DNA from: Gammaproteobacteria bacterium
Lineage (GTDB): Bacteria; Pseudomonadota; Gammaproteobacteria; SZUA-229
Assembly: GCA_029882395.1 (NCBI GenBank)
Contig: JAOUKT010000006.1
Coordinates: 21,915-85,914, forward strand
Direction: 5' to 3'
DNA length: 64,000 bases
The notes beneath the pieces are model-generated. The model ran no database searches, was not told the DNA's origin, and worked only from the letters and a program-made list of their open reading frames with translations. Position numbers and translations under genes: made by a program. This document shows, piece after piece, positions 21,014 to 35,327 of the stretch. Every line of letters starts with the position of its first letter. Position 1 is the first letter of the stretch.

Positions 21014-22030
21014 ATGAACTACACTCTGGCAGAGCTGGCATCACATACAGGTGCAAGGCTAAATGATGCGTCTTTTTCAGACTTAGTCATACAGGCGGTT
21101 GCGCCGGTGCAAACGGCTAAGGCGGGCGATATCAGCTTTTTTGCCGACCCCAGGTATAAAAAGCATCTTGGTGATTGTCATGCCTCGGCGGTTATTCTCA
21201 GTGAGGAGCTGGCTCAGGGTTATAAAGCGGCGGCCTTAATCAGTCATAACCCCTATGCGACTTATGCCAGAGTAGCTGCGCTGATTACACCGGCTGATAT
21301 GCCGGCATCTGAAACCCATGCCAGTGCAGTGATTCACGAATCAGCAAAAATTGGCCCGGGTTGTTATATTGGCCCGAATACTGTGATTGAAGCCGATGTG
21401 GTTATTGAAGCTGATTGTTATCTTGCTGCCGGCATTTATATCGGCAAGGCTTCAAAAGTAGGGCGCTCTACGCGTATCAATGCAAATGTTTCAATTTATC
21501 ATGACTGTGTCATTGGTCAGCGAAATATTATTCATTCGTCAGCGGTTATTGGTGCTGATGGTTTTGGTTTTGCCAATGATGCGGGAGAATGGATAAAGGT
21601 GCCGCAAACCGGTGGTGTTCGACTGGGCGATGACGTAGAAGTCGGCGCCTCGACGACCATCGACAGAGGCGCTATTGATGACACCATTATCGGCAACGGC
21701 GTTAAACTCGATAACCAGATACAAATCGCCCATAACGTGCGGATCGGTGAGCACACCGCAATAGCCGGCTGTTCCGGGGTTGCGGGCAGCGCCGTGATTG
21801 GCAAGCATTGCACGATTGCAGGCATGTGTACCATCGTCGGCCATATTGAATTGGTTGATCATGTTCATATAACGGCCATGTCACTGATTACAAAGTCGAT
21901 TAAAAAACCCGGCAGCTATTCTTCAGGCACTGCCTTTGAAGACACCGCTAGCTGGCGTAAAAACAGCGTTAGATTTAAGCAGCTGGATGTCATGTCCAGA
22001 CGCTTGCATAAATTGGAAAACAAGTCTTAA
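21014..22030 (+). CDS. lpxD: UDP-3-O-(3-hydroxyacyl)glucosamine N-acyltransferase
   Basis: 338 aa. Left-handed beta-helix hexapeptide repeats and an LpxD N-terminal domain. Sits in the conserved skp-lpxD-fabZ-lpxA order. Confidence 0.93.
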   Translation: MNYTLAELASHTGARLNDASFSDLVIQAVAPVQTAKAGDISFFADPRYKKHLGDCHASAVILSEELAQGYKAAALISHNPYATYARVAALITPADMPASETHASAVIHESAKIGPGCYIGPNTVIEADVVIEADCYLAAGIYIGKASKVGRSTRINANVSIYHDCVIGQRNIIHSSAVIGADGFGFANDAGEWIKVPQTGGVRLGDDVEVGASTTIDRGAIDDTIIGNGVKLDNQIQIAHNVRIGEHTAIAGCSGVAGSAVIGKHCTIAGMCTIVGHIELVDHVHITAMSLITKSIKKPGSYSSGTAFEDTASWRKNSVRFKQLDVMSRRLHKLENKS

Positions 22031-22072
22031 TTATTGGCTGAGTCAAATTAAACAGTTACAGGAGAGTGGTCC

Positions 22073-22522
22073 TTGAAAGAATTAAATATATATGAAGTAA
22101 TGAAGTTTTTACCACATCGTTACCCTTTTTTACTGATAGATCGTGTTGTTGATTACAAAGACAACGATTATCTGCATGCCTATAAAAATGTGTCGATGAA
22201 TGAACCCTTCTTTCAGGGACACTTCCCTGAGTATCCGGTCATGCCGGGCGTACTGATTCTCGAAGCACTGGCTCAGGCCACGGGTATTCTGGCATTTCAG
22301 TCAATGGAGCAAAAACCGGGTGAAGATAACCTCTATCTTTTTGTCGGCATCGATAACGCCCGTTTTAAAAAGCAGGTTGTTCCCGGTGATCAGTTGCATT
22401 TAAAAGTGAAGCTGCTAAAAGAAAAGAGAGGAATCTGGAAGTTTGAAGCAGAAGCTTATGTCGATGATCAACTGGCAGCTTCTGCAACGTTAATGGGTGC
22501 AGCGAGAGATAAAAACCAGTGA
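22073..22522 (+). CDS. fabZ: 3-hydroxyacyl-ACP dehydratase FabZ
   Basis: [13 protein letters not shown]...[10 protein letters not shown]...[11 protein letters not shown] closely matches E. coli FabZ. TTG start at 22073 with ggagag upstream. Confidence 0.93.
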   Translation: MKELNIYEVMKFLPHRYPFLLIDRVVDYKDNDYLHAYKNVSMNEPFFQGHFPEYPVMPGVLILEALAQATGILAFQSMEQKPGEDNLYLFVGIDNARFKKQVVPGDQLHLKVKLLKEKRGIWKFEAEAYVDDQLAASATLMGAARDKNQ

Positions 22523-23289
22523 TACATGAAACCGCCATTATTGATTCATCAGCAAAAATTGCTGATGATGTTGAGATTGGGCCTTACAGCATTATCGGTG
22601 CTGATGTGGAAATCGATTCAGGAACCTGGATTGGACCGCATGTTGTGATCAACGGGCCCGCTAAGATTGGAAAGGATAACCGTATTTACCAGTTTGCTTC
22701 AATCGGAGAGGCGCCACAGGATTTAAAATATGATGGCGAACCGACCAGACTGGAAGTGGGCGACAGAAACACTATCCGTGAATACGTTACCTTTAACCGT
22801 GGTACACCTGACGGTGGTGGACTGACTAAAATTGGCAGCGATAACCTGTTTATGGCGTATGCCCATGTGGCGCACGACTGTCAGGTTGGTAACAAGATTA
22901 TTTTCGCCAATGCCGCTTCACTGGCCGGTCATGTGCATGTCGGTGATCAGGCAATACTCGGCGGTTTTACTTCGGTGCATCAGTTTACCCATATTGGTGA
23001 ACACAGTTTCTCCGGTCTGGGCACCATTATAAACCGTGATGTGCCGCCGTTTGTTATTGTGGCCGGCAATCATGCACAAGCGTATGGCATCAATAAAAAC
23101 GGACTGAAACGGCGCGGCTTTGAGGCGGATACTATACGTGCCTTGCATAAAACCTTTAAGCTTATTGTCAAAGGGCGGAAAAAACGCGATGAGATCCAGG
23201 CTGATCTAGATCAGCTGATAGAAGGTTTTGATGAAGTAAAAACAATGGTCGACTTTATCGATGCCAGTGAGCGCGGCATAGTTCGCTAG
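22519..23289 (+). CDS. lpxA: Acyl-ACP--UDP-N-acetylglucosamine O-acyltransferase
   Basis: 256 aa. Hexapeptide-repeat protein; the start overlaps the fabZ stop. C-terminal helical domain present. Confidence 0.93.
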   Translation: MIHETAIIDSSAKIADDVEIGPYSIIGADVEIDSGTWIGPHVVINGPAKIGKDNRIYQFASIGEAPQDLKYDGEPTRLEVGDRNTIREYVTFNRGTPDGGGLTKIGSDNLFMAYAHVAHDCQVGNKIIFANAASLAGHVHVGDQAILGGFTSVHQFTHIGEHSFSGLGTIINRDVPPFVIVAGNHAQAYGINKNGLKRRGFEADTIRALHKTFKLIVKGRKKRDEIQADLDQLIEGFDEVKTMVDFIDASERGIVR

Positions 23290-23297
23290 CGGCTTGT

Positions 23298-23609
23298 CTA
23301 AAAGTCTTCCAGCTTATAAACGTCATAAGCGGGTTCCTCATAAGGGTGTGAGGCTTTTAGTGCGGCAATCGCAGATTTAATAAAGAGCTGGTCACAAACC
23401 AGCTCAACTTTAAGTTCCTCGATGACAGCTAGCTGCCCATGCTCACCAATGAAGGGTTTGCTCTGGTCTAAGGCCATGAACTGACCCTTGCCTGTCGTTT
23501 GCCAGCAACACTGGTCATAATCACCGATTTTACCGGCACCGGCTGAAAATAAGGCGGTTTTTACTTGCTCTGCATAGTCAGGTGGTACAAAAAAGCAGAT
23601 CTTATACAT
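23298..23609 (-). CDS. Small PII-fold/CutA-like protein (has the HPYE-P motif), hypothetical
   Basis: 103 aa with an ATG start. Its C-terminal ...LKASHPYEEPAYDVYKL resembles the conserved HPYE(V)PE segment of CutA/Nif3-insert (GlnB-like fold) proteins. The assignment is tentative. Confidence 0.45.
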   Translation of the reverse strand: MYKICFFVPPDYAEQVKTALFSAGAGKIGDYDQCCWQTTGKGQFMALDQSKPFIGEHGQLAVIEELKVELVCDQLFIKSAIAALKASHPYEEPAYDVYKLEDF

Positions 23610-23717
23610 GATTAATGATTCCGTTAATTACAATAAACCCTGTTATTGGCTGGTTTTGTAATGCCTCAGTTTGACGCATAATTCATATTATTATAATTAC
23701 TATTTAGGAACAAATTA

Positions 23718-23987
23718 ATGAGTGGTATTCAGTTATCTGATGCATTAATCGAAGATCTTAAAAAAACTGTTCAGCAACACGATGCTGCTGCCGCCGATGA
23801 CCTGGTAGCCGTGCAATATATGGCCGCTTCTGTCGGTTATGTTATCGCCACCTTAACCGATGCGCGGTTCGATAAAAGAGAAGTGATGAAGCAGCTGGCT
23901 GAATTTAGCCTTCAGGTGTTTGAGCAAATGCAAGAGGATATTAAACCCAAAGAAGAGGCTTTTGGCGTCTGGAAACCGGGTCAATAA
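23718..23987 (+). CDS. Small acidic hypothetical protein immediately upstream of tpm
   Basis: 89 aa. ATG preceded by aggaa; the stop lies 22 nt before the tpm start. No recognisable motif. Confidence 0.45.
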   Translation: MSGIQLSDALIEDLKKTVQQHDAAAADDLVAVQYMAASVGYVIATLTDARFDKREVMKQLAEFSLQVFEQMQEDIKPKEEAFGVWKPGQ

Positions 23988-24009
23988 TTGCACCATAGTG
24001 AACAATGTC

Positions 24010-24675
24010 ATGCATAACGAATTCTGGCTTGAGCGCTGGCAAAATAAACAAACGGGTTTTCATCAGCAGCAGGTAAATCCTTATCTTGTTAAATACTGGC
24101 CGCTGCTCGATAACGGCGCTAACAACCGTGTTTTTGTACCGCTTTGTGGTAAATCGGCCGATCTGGTCTGGTTAAGGCAGCAGGGCTGTGAGGTTGTCGG
24201 TGTTGAACTGAGCCAGCTGGCAGTTGAAGCGTTTTTTGCAGAGCAAGAGATAGAATATGAAACCAGTACAAAAGGCAAACTGAAGTTATTTAAAGCCTGC
24301 AACATGACTATTTTCCAGGGTGATTTTTTTGACCTAAGCAAAGACCTGCTGGGCCCAATAACGGCTATATTTGACCGCGCAGCGTTAATTGCATTACCTG
24401 AAACGATGCGAGGCGCTTATTGCAAACACCTTGCGAGCCTAGCCACAAAGGCGGAGATGCTTTTGATCAGTATGGAGTATCAGCAGTCGGCTATGCAAGG
24501 ACCGCCTTTTTCAGTAGCAGAGTCTGAAATTGTTCAATATTACTCTGCGCCTGACACGATTCAGCTGATTGACAGTGCCGATTTATTAAAAATATCGTCT
24601 CAGTTCAGTCAGCAGGGCTTGGATAGAATTGATGAAAAAGTATTTAAGATATCATTAACGGGTACAACTAAATAA
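24010..24675 (+). CDS. tpm: Thiopurine S-methyltransferase (Se/Te-methylating Tpm family)
   Basis: MHNEFWLERWQNKQTGFHQQQVNPYLVKYW...VFVPLCGKSADLVWLRQQGCEVVGVELS is the characteristic Tpm N-terminus and SAM-binding motif. The track ORF started 30 codons upstream at a non-ATG codon. Confidence 0.88.
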   Translation: MHNEFWLERWQNKQTGFHQQQVNPYLVKYWPLLDNGANNRVFVPLCGKSADLVWLRQQGCEVVGVELSQLAVEAFFAEQEIEYETSTKGKLKLFKACNMTIFQGDFFDLSKDLLGPITAIFDRAALIALPETMRGAYCKHLASLATKAEMLLISMEYQQSAMQGPPFSVAESEIVQYYSAPDTIQLIDSADLLKISSQFSQQGLDRIDEKVFKISLTGTTK

Positions 24676-27608
24676 TGGCCAATAAAATGAATTCAAACAC
24701 AGCATTTAAAAGCCTCGGTGCACAGAGCATTGAGTCGCTTAATCTGACAGTCGAACAATATGAGCATATAAAAACAGGGGCTATGCATTATCACTTAAAT
24801 GCCGATAATGATGAAAACGTTTTTTTAGTGGCACTACGAACGGTGCCAATGGATTCAAGAGGCGTTGCCCATATTCTCGAACACACGGCATTATGTGGCA
24901 GTGAACACTACCCGGTTCGTGACCCGTTTTTTATGATGATCAGACGCTCACTAAATACCTTCATGAACGCTTTTACCAGCAGTGACTGGACGGCGTACCC
25001 GTTTGCCAGCAAAAATAAAAAAGATTTTCATAATTTGTTGGATGTATACCTCGATGCCGTTTTTTTCTCACGCCTGCATGAGCTGGATTTTTTGCAGGAA
25101 GGTCATCGAGTTGAATTTGAAAAAGCAGACGATGCCACAAGCGATCTTGTCTTTAAGGGCGTTGTCTATAATGAAATGAAAGGGGCGATGAGTTCGCCGG
25201 TTAGTCAGTTATGGCAGCTCTTTACCCGCTATTTGTTCCCGACCACCACTTATCATTATAACAGCGGTGGTGAGCCTGAGCATATTCCGGATCTGAGTTA
25301 TGATGATTTAAAGAATTTTTACCAGAAGCATTATCACCCTTCAAATGCTGTTTTCATGACCTATGGCAATATTTCTGCAGCAGAGCACCAGGCTGTGTTT
25401 GAAAATAACGTCCTGTCACAATTCGACAAATCGGATGACTTGATAAAAGTAGATGATGAAAAAAGGTATTTTTCACCGCTGATTATCGAAGAGTCTTATG
25501 CGCTGGATGAGGCTGAAATCAATGCTGACCAGCAGGGCAAGACGCATCATGTGATGGGCTGGTTACTGGGTAAAAGCACCGATCTTTACGAGATGTTAAG
25601 CGCGCATTTGTTGTCAGGTGTTTTGCTCGATAACAGTTCTTCACCTTTAATGCATGCCCTGGAAACCAGTGATATTGCCAGTGCGCCATCACCTTTGTGC
25701 GGTCTTGAAGATTCTAATCGTGAAATGGCCTTTATGTGTGGCCTGGAAGGCAGCCAGCCTGAGCATGCCCAGGCATTTCAGGAGATCGTCTTAAGCGTGC
25801 TCAATGATGTCGCCGATAACGGCGTGGAGCTGGCAAATGTCGAAGCGGTACTGCATCAGCTCGAATTAAGTCAGCGTGAAATTGGTGGCGATAGTTACCC
25901 CTATGGTCTGCAGCTGATACTGGCGGGTTTATCTGCCGCCACTCATCGCGGCAACCCGATTGAAATTTTAAACCTTGACCCGGTACTCGATCAGTTGCGC
26001 CAGGATATACAGAATCCTGATTTTATTCCTGCTCTTGTCAGAAAACATTTGCTGGATAACCCGCACCGTATCCGTTTGACTTTAAAGCCCGATGCAAAGC
26101 TGGCCCTATTCCGTGAGCAGGCTGAAAAACAGCGTCTGGCCGAGATGAAAGCCAGGCTGACTGACGCTGAACGGCAAAAAATTATCTCGACAGCCGAGGA
26201 TCTGGCTGTCAGGCAACAGCTCGAAGATGACCCGGATGTGCTGCCTAAAGTCGGGCTCGAAGATGTGCCGGCAAAAATGTCGATTGCTGCAGGACAAAAT
26301 GTTGAAGGCTGTCGTTTACCCCTGAGTTTTTATTCTCAGGGCACCAACGGCATTGCCTACCAGCAGCTGGTCATAGATCTGCCTGAGTTAGCCGATGAGT
26401 TGATCAATATATTACCGCATTACTGTTCGGTGATGACAGAGCTGGGTGCAGATGGTAAGGACTATATGCAAACCCAGTCATGGCAGGCAGCTGTCTCCGG
26501 CGGCTTGTCGGCTTATTATAGTCTGCGGGGGCAGGTCGATAATGAACAATGTGTAAAAGGTTATTTTGTTTTAACCGGTAAAGCATTGTTAGACAAACAC
26601 GATCAGCTGACGCAGTTAATGAATAAAACAATTGAGACGGTTAGCTTTGATGAGAAAAACAGAATCCGGGAATTGATGGCACAAAAACGTGCACGCATGG
26701 AACAAAGTGTGACCGGTAGTGGTCATACTCTGGCTATGACGGCTGCCAGCAGTCTGATGAGCCCGGTCGCAAACTTCTCAAATAATTCAAATGGCCTGCA
26801 GGGCATTGTAAATATAAAACAGCTCGATGCGCAGCTAGAAACGGAAAGCGGTCTTGATGTGTTTATAGACAAGTTAAAAACATTGCATAATGTTATTTTG
26901 AATGCGCCCCGGCAGCTGTTATTAATAGCCGACAGCGAGTCAAAAGAGAGACTGATCAGTGACACTAACAGTATCTGGCAGCAAAATAAAGCCACTGATT
27001 TCAAGACATTCTCTTTAGCTGAAGTTTGTGACACGGTGCAACAGTTATGGGTTACCAGTACGCAAGTGAATTTTTGCTCAAAGGCATACAAAACCGTGCC
27101 GATAGAGCATGCTGATGCCGCCGCCTTATCTGTGCTGGGGGGATTTTTGAGAAATGGTTTCCTGCATATGCACATTAGAGAAAATGGCGGTGCCTATGGC
27201 GGCGGTGCCAGTCAGGATTCATCAATTGCGGCCTTTCGCTTTTATTCTTACCGAGACCCGCGTTTGCTTGAGACTCTCGATGATTTCGACAAAGCCATCA
27301 CCTGGATGTTGGAAACCGAGCATGATGCGAGATTACTGGAAGAAGCCATATTAGGTGTGATCGGCACGCTCGATAAACCGGGGTCTCCGGCCGGGGAAGC
27401 TAAACATGCTTTCCATAATGCATTATTTGGCAGAACAGCCGAGCAGCAGCAGGCCTATCGTGAGCGTATACTTAAGGTCAGCATGGATGACTTAAAGCGC
27501 GTGACAGAGCGATACCTGAAATCGGCAGAGGCTTCGGTAGCTGTTATTACTAATTCAAGCACAATTGATCAGCTCGGTGAGCTGGGAATGGAAGTGCATC
27601 ATTTGTAA
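24675..27608 (+). CDS. Large M16-family zinc metallopeptidase (M16C / PreP-like, inverted HxxEH motif)
   Basis: 977 aa. HILEHTALCGSEHYP is the inverzincin HxxEH...E signature. Its length and four-domain organisation are typical of M16C presequence-protease-like enzymes. The start overlaps the tpm stop. Confidence 0.85.
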   Translation: MANKMNSNTAFKSLGAQSIESLNLTVEQYEHIKTGAMHYHLNADNDENVFLVALRTVPMDSRGVAHILEHTALCGSEHYPVRDPFFMMIRRSLNTFMNAFTSSDWTAYPFASKNKKDFHNLLDVYLDAVFFSRLHELDFLQEGHRVEFEKADDATSDLVFKGVVYNEMKGAMSSPVSQLWQLFTRYLFPTTTYHYNSGGEPEHIPDLSYDDLKNFYQKHYHPSNAVFMTYGNISAAEHQAVFENNVLSQFDKSDDLIKVDDEKRYFSPLIIEESYALDEAEINADQQGKTHHVMGWLLGKSTDLYEMLSAHLLSGVLLDNSSSPLMHALETSDIASAPSPLCGLEDSNREMAFMCGLEGSQPEHAQAFQEIVLSVLNDVADNGVELANVEAVLHQLELSQREIGGDSYPYGLQLILAGLSAATHRGNPIEILNLDPVLDQLRQDIQNPDFIPALVRKHLLDNPHRIRLTLKPDAKLALFREQAEKQRLAEMKARLTDAERQKIISTAEDLAVRQQLEDDPDVLPKVGLEDVPAKMSIAAGQNVEGCRLPLSFYSQGTNGIAYQQLVIDLPELADELINILPHYCSVMTELGADGKDYMQTQSWQAAVSGGLSAYYSLRGQVDNEQCVKGYFVLTGKALLDKHDQLTQLMNKTIETVSFDEKNRIRELMAQKRARMEQSVTGSGHTLAMTAASSLMSPVANFSNNSNGLQGIVNIKQLDAQLETESGLDVFIDKLKTLHNVILNAPRQLLLIADSESKERLISDTNSIWQQNKATDFKTFSLAEVCDTVQQLWVTSTQVNFCSKAYKTVPIEHADAAALSVLGGFLRNGFLHMHIRENGGAYGGGASQDSSIAAFRFYSYRDPRLLETLDDFDKAITWMLETEHDARLLEEAILGVIGTLDKPGSPAGEAKHAFHNALFGRTAEQQQAYRERILKVSMDDLKRVTERYLKSAEASVAVITNSSTIDQLGELGMEVHHL

Positions 27609-30049
27609 TCTGACTGCAGCTGTCTGAAAAAGTGATCAGCCGGGCAGGGTTTGGAAAATAAATAACCCTGTCCCAGCTTGCATTCCAGAGCGGACAGGAT
27701 ATCGGCCTGATAATCGTATTCTATGCCTTCGGCAATCACGGACAAGCCAAGGCTTTTTGCCATATTGATAATGGCCTTTATAATCACCTGGCTGTCTCTG
27801 TTGGAGTCCAGATCCATGACAAAGGCGCGGTCGATTTTCAGGCAATTAATAGGCAGTTGTATTAAATAGCTAAGTGATGAATAGCCTGATCCAAAATCGT
27901 CAAGTGAAATATTGAAGCCGATATCTTTCAGTTCATTCAGCATATCATCGGCTTTTTCTGCTTTAGAGATAAGCACCCCTTCGGTAATTTCAATTTCAAG
28001 ATTCTTTGCAGAGGTCTTGGTCGATAACAAAATGCTTTTTATATCTTCTACCAGCTGGCTGTTAGTAAAATGCTTGGCTGACAGGTTAATGGAGATGACC
28101 AGGTCGGGGGCAATTTGCAGCCATTTTGACATGTTTTCACATGTTTTTCGTAATACCCATAAATCGACCTCTTTTATAAAATCGGTCTTTTCCAAAATAG
28201 GAATAAAGTCTGCGGCTGACATATCGGGGTATTTTTTATTGGGCCAGCGCAATAAAGCTTCGGCCCCATAAATTTTACGACTATCCAGTTTAACCTTGGA
28301 CTGAAAGTAAACCTCAAACTCGTTGTTTTTAAAGGCCCGTTTCAGGTCATCTTCGAGGTGTCTCAGGTTGAGTGCCTGCTGAGCTAACGTCGCGGTATAA
28401 AATGAATAAGTGTTTTTGCCCTGTGCCTTTGCCTGGTACATTGCTGTGTCGGCCTGTTTGATCAGCGAATAGGCGTTGTCTGAATCTGAGAAAGGGTAAA
28501 TGGTAATACCAAGACTGCAGGATGTTTTAATTTTATGGCCCTTTAATACACAGGGCGTCGATAAATTACTGACAATTTTTTCGGCAATGCAATGCACATC
28601 GTCAATGTGTTTCAGGTTGCTCAAAATAACGGTGAATTCATCGCCACCAAGACGAGCCACACAGTCGGTATCTCTGACACTTCGCAATAACTGTTTAGAT
28701 GTTTCAATGATAAGCTCGTCACCAATATCATGCCCCATGGTGTCGTTAATAAATTTAAAGCCATCAAGGTCAAGAAATATAATGGCCATTAATGAATCGC
28801 TTCGGCGGCATTGCTTGATGCTTTCTTTGAGCTTGTCAATGAACATGTTTCTGTTGAATAGGCCGGTTAACGGATCGTGGTTTGCAAGAAACAACAGGTT
28901 TTTTTCTGTTTCTTTGCGCTCTGTTATATTCTGCACATTAGCCAGATAAACCGGCGGTACTTCACTGTGTGATAGCTGGATCCTGATTTCTACCGGGTAT
29001 TCGCTATTATCTTTTCTTTTGAATACTGACTGGATTACAACCTGGGCTTTTTTAGCATCGAATAATGATTCGGTTAACCTGTGAAACATAGGTTCTGTAA
29101 TATCCTGAAGTAAATCCGTTATTCTAAGCTGGCTGATTTCAAGCTTTGAGTATCCAAGGTTATCCAGTGCGCCCGTGTTGGCCTGACTGAACCTTAATGT
29201 CCTGATATCAAAAACGTAAATCTCATCCCATGAAAGTTCAATTAAGCGACCAAATCGTGACTGGTTAATGTCAGCTTGCTGATGGCTTTTATCAAGGTAG
29301 TTGCAGATTGATAAGACATAGGATTTATTATCGATGTTAATGAGTTTGGCCGTCACATGAACCGAGTGATGTTGGCCATTTTTAGCGACATGTATAGCAT
29401 TAAACTCTGCTTTTTTATCGCGTTTGATATTTCTTCCGATCGCTTTAATGGTTTCTATGTTGCCGGCAGGGTTAATCGAGCGCGCATTTAACTGTAATAA
29501 TTCATCGCGGCTATATCCCAGTTGCTGGCATGAAACCTCATTTACTTCAATGAACTGACCATGACGGCCTTTGCCTTCGTCATCGAAAATGGCGATAAAA
29601 ATGCCATGATCTAATTTATCAATGACATGGCTCAAAATCGCGCGCTGATGGGAGTCCTGCAAGCTGTTGCAGGGTTCTATCAGCAGAAGGCGGCATTGAT
29701 CGAGACCGTCAATATCAATGTCGATGTCGTTTATTTGCGCTGTAACGGCAATGCTTTTGTTATTATGTGTTAAAAATGAAAGCTCAATTTTTTCTTTGTT
29801 TTCGCTCAGATGTGACTGTAAGCTCTGGTGCTTTTTGCTGAGGCCGGAATTGACTGAAGCAATAAAAAATATTTCCTCCAGAGGTGTGTTTGTTTCGGGG
29901 TAGTTGTCGGCACAATACAGTTGAGAGAACTTGCTGTTATAGGCTTTGATTAGCCGGTTTTTATCAATGCACAGTGCCGCCATCGGTATTGAGTTAATAT
30001 AGTCATTGATGAATGTGGAATTTTTCACGGCTTTGATACATGGCCTCAC
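27599..30049 (-). CDS. PAS-PAS-GGDEF-EAL protein (putative c-di-GMP cyclase/phosphodiesterase)
   Basis: 816 aa. Intact GGDEF motif (RLGGDEFTV). The EAL domain has EALLRW...KIDRAFV...DDFGSGYSSL...EGIE. N-terminal PAS-like repeats are present. The start is uncertain: GTG at 30049 or in-frame ATG at 29983. The 3' end overlaps the M16 gene by 10 nt. Confidence 0.85.
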   Translation of the reverse strand: MRPCIKAVKNSTFINDYINSIPMAALCIDKNRLIKAYNSKFSQLYCADNYPETNTPLEEIFFIASVNSGLSKKHQSLQSHLSENKEKIELSFLTHNNKSIAVTAQINDIDIDIDGLDQCRLLLIEPCNSLQDSHQRAILSHVIDKLDHGIFIAIFDDEGKGRHGQFIEVNEVSCQQLGYSRDELLQLNARSINPAGNIETIKAIGRNIKRDKKAEFNAIHVAKNGQHHSVHVTAKLINIDNKSYVLSICNYLDKSHQQADINQSRFGRLIELSWDEIYVFDIRTLRFSQANTGALDNLGYSKLEISQLRITDLLQDITEPMFHRLTESLFDAKKAQVVIQSVFKRKDNSEYPVEIRIQLSHSEVPPVYLANVQNITERKETEKNLLFLANHDPLTGLFNRNMFIDKLKESIKQCRRSDSLMAIIFLDLDGFKFINDTMGHDIGDELIIETSKQLLRSVRDTDCVARLGGDEFTVILSNLKHIDDVHCIAEKIVSNLSTPCVLKGHKIKTSCSLGITIYPFSDSDNAYSLIKQADTAMYQAKAQGKNTYSFYTATLAQQALNLRHLEDDLKRAFKNNEFEVYFQSKVKLDSRKIYGAEALLRWPNKKYPDMSAADFIPILEKTDFIKEVDLWVLRKTCENMSKWLQIAPDLVISINLSAKHFTNSQLVEDIKSILLSTKTSAKNLEIEITEGVLISKAEKADDMLNELKDIGFNISLDDFGSGYSSLSYLIQLPINCLKIDRAFVMDLDSNRDSQVIIKAIINMAKSLGLSVIAEGIEYDYQADILSALECKLGQGYLFSKPCPADHFFRQLQSDYK

Positions 30050-30106
30050 TTATTAAATGGTATAGCAGAAAGTTTGCTTCTGATGCGTTGATAACGATAA
30101 CTTTTT

Positions 30107-31195
30107 TTATGGCAGGTGTGGTTTTTTCAAATAATTGACAGATTTCATTTCCTCTAGTCTGGAAATGGTTCTTGCAAACTCAAATGACAGGCTGCTGCCC
30201 TGATAAAGGTTCTCCGGTAAGCTGGCTGCGCTGATGATGATGTTAACGTTTCGGTCATAAAATTCATCCAAAAGCTGGATGAATCGCCTGGTTTTATCGG
30301 CATTGTTTTCTGTTAAAACGGGGATCTCAGAAATAAAAACGGTGTGGAAAAGTTTTGCCAGCTCGATGTAATCGGCTACGGCCCTGGGGCTGTCAAATAT
30401 CTGGTCAAATATAAACCAGACAATATCATCAGCCAGTTTATATGCCGCTAATGAACGCTGGTTGATAAACAGCTGCGTATTTGTTTTCGGGGTGCAGGGG
30501 CTTAACTGGATAAAATAATCTTCCAGTTTTTTCTGATTCGTAGTGTTTAATGGCGATAAATATGATTCAGATTTCTGGATAGTATTGAGCCGGTGATCTT
30601 CGCCGTCTTCAATTTTTATAATCTGACTGAATTGTTTGATTAAGGCAATCGCCGGTATAAAGCGCTGCCTTTGCAGGCCGTCCCGGTATAGCTCATCAGG
30701 CTCTATATTGGAGGTCATTATTATAGTCACGCCGTTCTCGAAAAAGGCCTCTAATAAGCCACGAAGAATCATCGCGTCGGTGATATCTGAGACGTGAAAC
30801 TCATCAAGACATAATATCCGGTACTGGCTGGAAAACTGGCTGGCAATTAACTTCAGCGGGTTTTTTTGACCTTTGTAGTGATCCAGCTGTTCATGTATTT
30901 CTTTGATAAAACGATGGAAATGTAAACGGTATTTATTATCAATGTTCAGTGTTTCATAAAACAAATCCATTAACCATGTCTTGCCGCGACCGACGCCGCC
31001 CCAGAGATATATACCTTTGACGGGCGCCGGTGTCACAAAGAGCTGTTTAATGGCACTGATCAATGATCGTGGCTTACCACTTTGCTCTATGTCTTGCTGT
31101 AATCTATTAAAAGCCTGTATGACCCTTTTCTGACCATCATCCGGCTGGAAATCTTTATCAGTCAGAACCTGCTGATAGCGCTGTAACGGGGTCAT
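30107..31195 (-). CDS. zapE: Cell division protein ZapE (AFG1-like ATPase)
   Basis: 362 aa. Walker A LWGGVGRGKTWLMDLF, Walker B RILCLDEFHV, AFG1 family architecture. Confidence 0.88.
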   Translation of the reverse strand: MTPLQRYQQVLTDKDFQPDDGQKRVIQAFNRLQQDIEQSGKPRSLISAIKQLFVTPAPVKGIYLWGGVGRGKTWLMDLFYETLNIDNKYRLHFHRFIKEIHEQLDHYKGQKNPLKLIASQFSSQYRILCLDEFHVSDITDAMILRGLLEAFFENGVTIIMTSNIEPDELYRDGLQRQRFIPAIALIKQFSQIIKIEDGEDHRLNTIQKSESYLSPLNTTNQKKLEDYFIQLSPCTPKTNTQLFINQRSLAAYKLADDIVWFIFDQIFDSPRAVADYIELAKLFHTVFISEIPVLTENNADKTRRFIQLLDEFYDRNVNIIISAASLPENLYQGSSLSFEFARTISRLEEMKSVNYLKKPHLP

Positions 31196-31466
31196 GTTAA
31201 TTGTTCAATCCACTTTGTTACGTATTTGTAACGATTTTGTAAAAACAGGATTTATCTGTATGGGTTTCATATTATAGAAGCTTATTCAATTTTTGGCTGT
31301 CTTTGAAAGATGAATTTCCACTGAAAGCCGGGGATTAATAGTTTCATATCAATCCAGCCGATGTTGGTTAGCGTGTAGATACTGATTGAGGCATAAATGA
31401 GATTTTGGTATGATACCGTCTTTCTGCGGCAACTCTGTCGCCCTATCTGAGAAATAGCATTCTTAA

Positions 31467-35318
<3,852 letters not shown>

Positions 35319-35327
35319 AAGGCTTTA

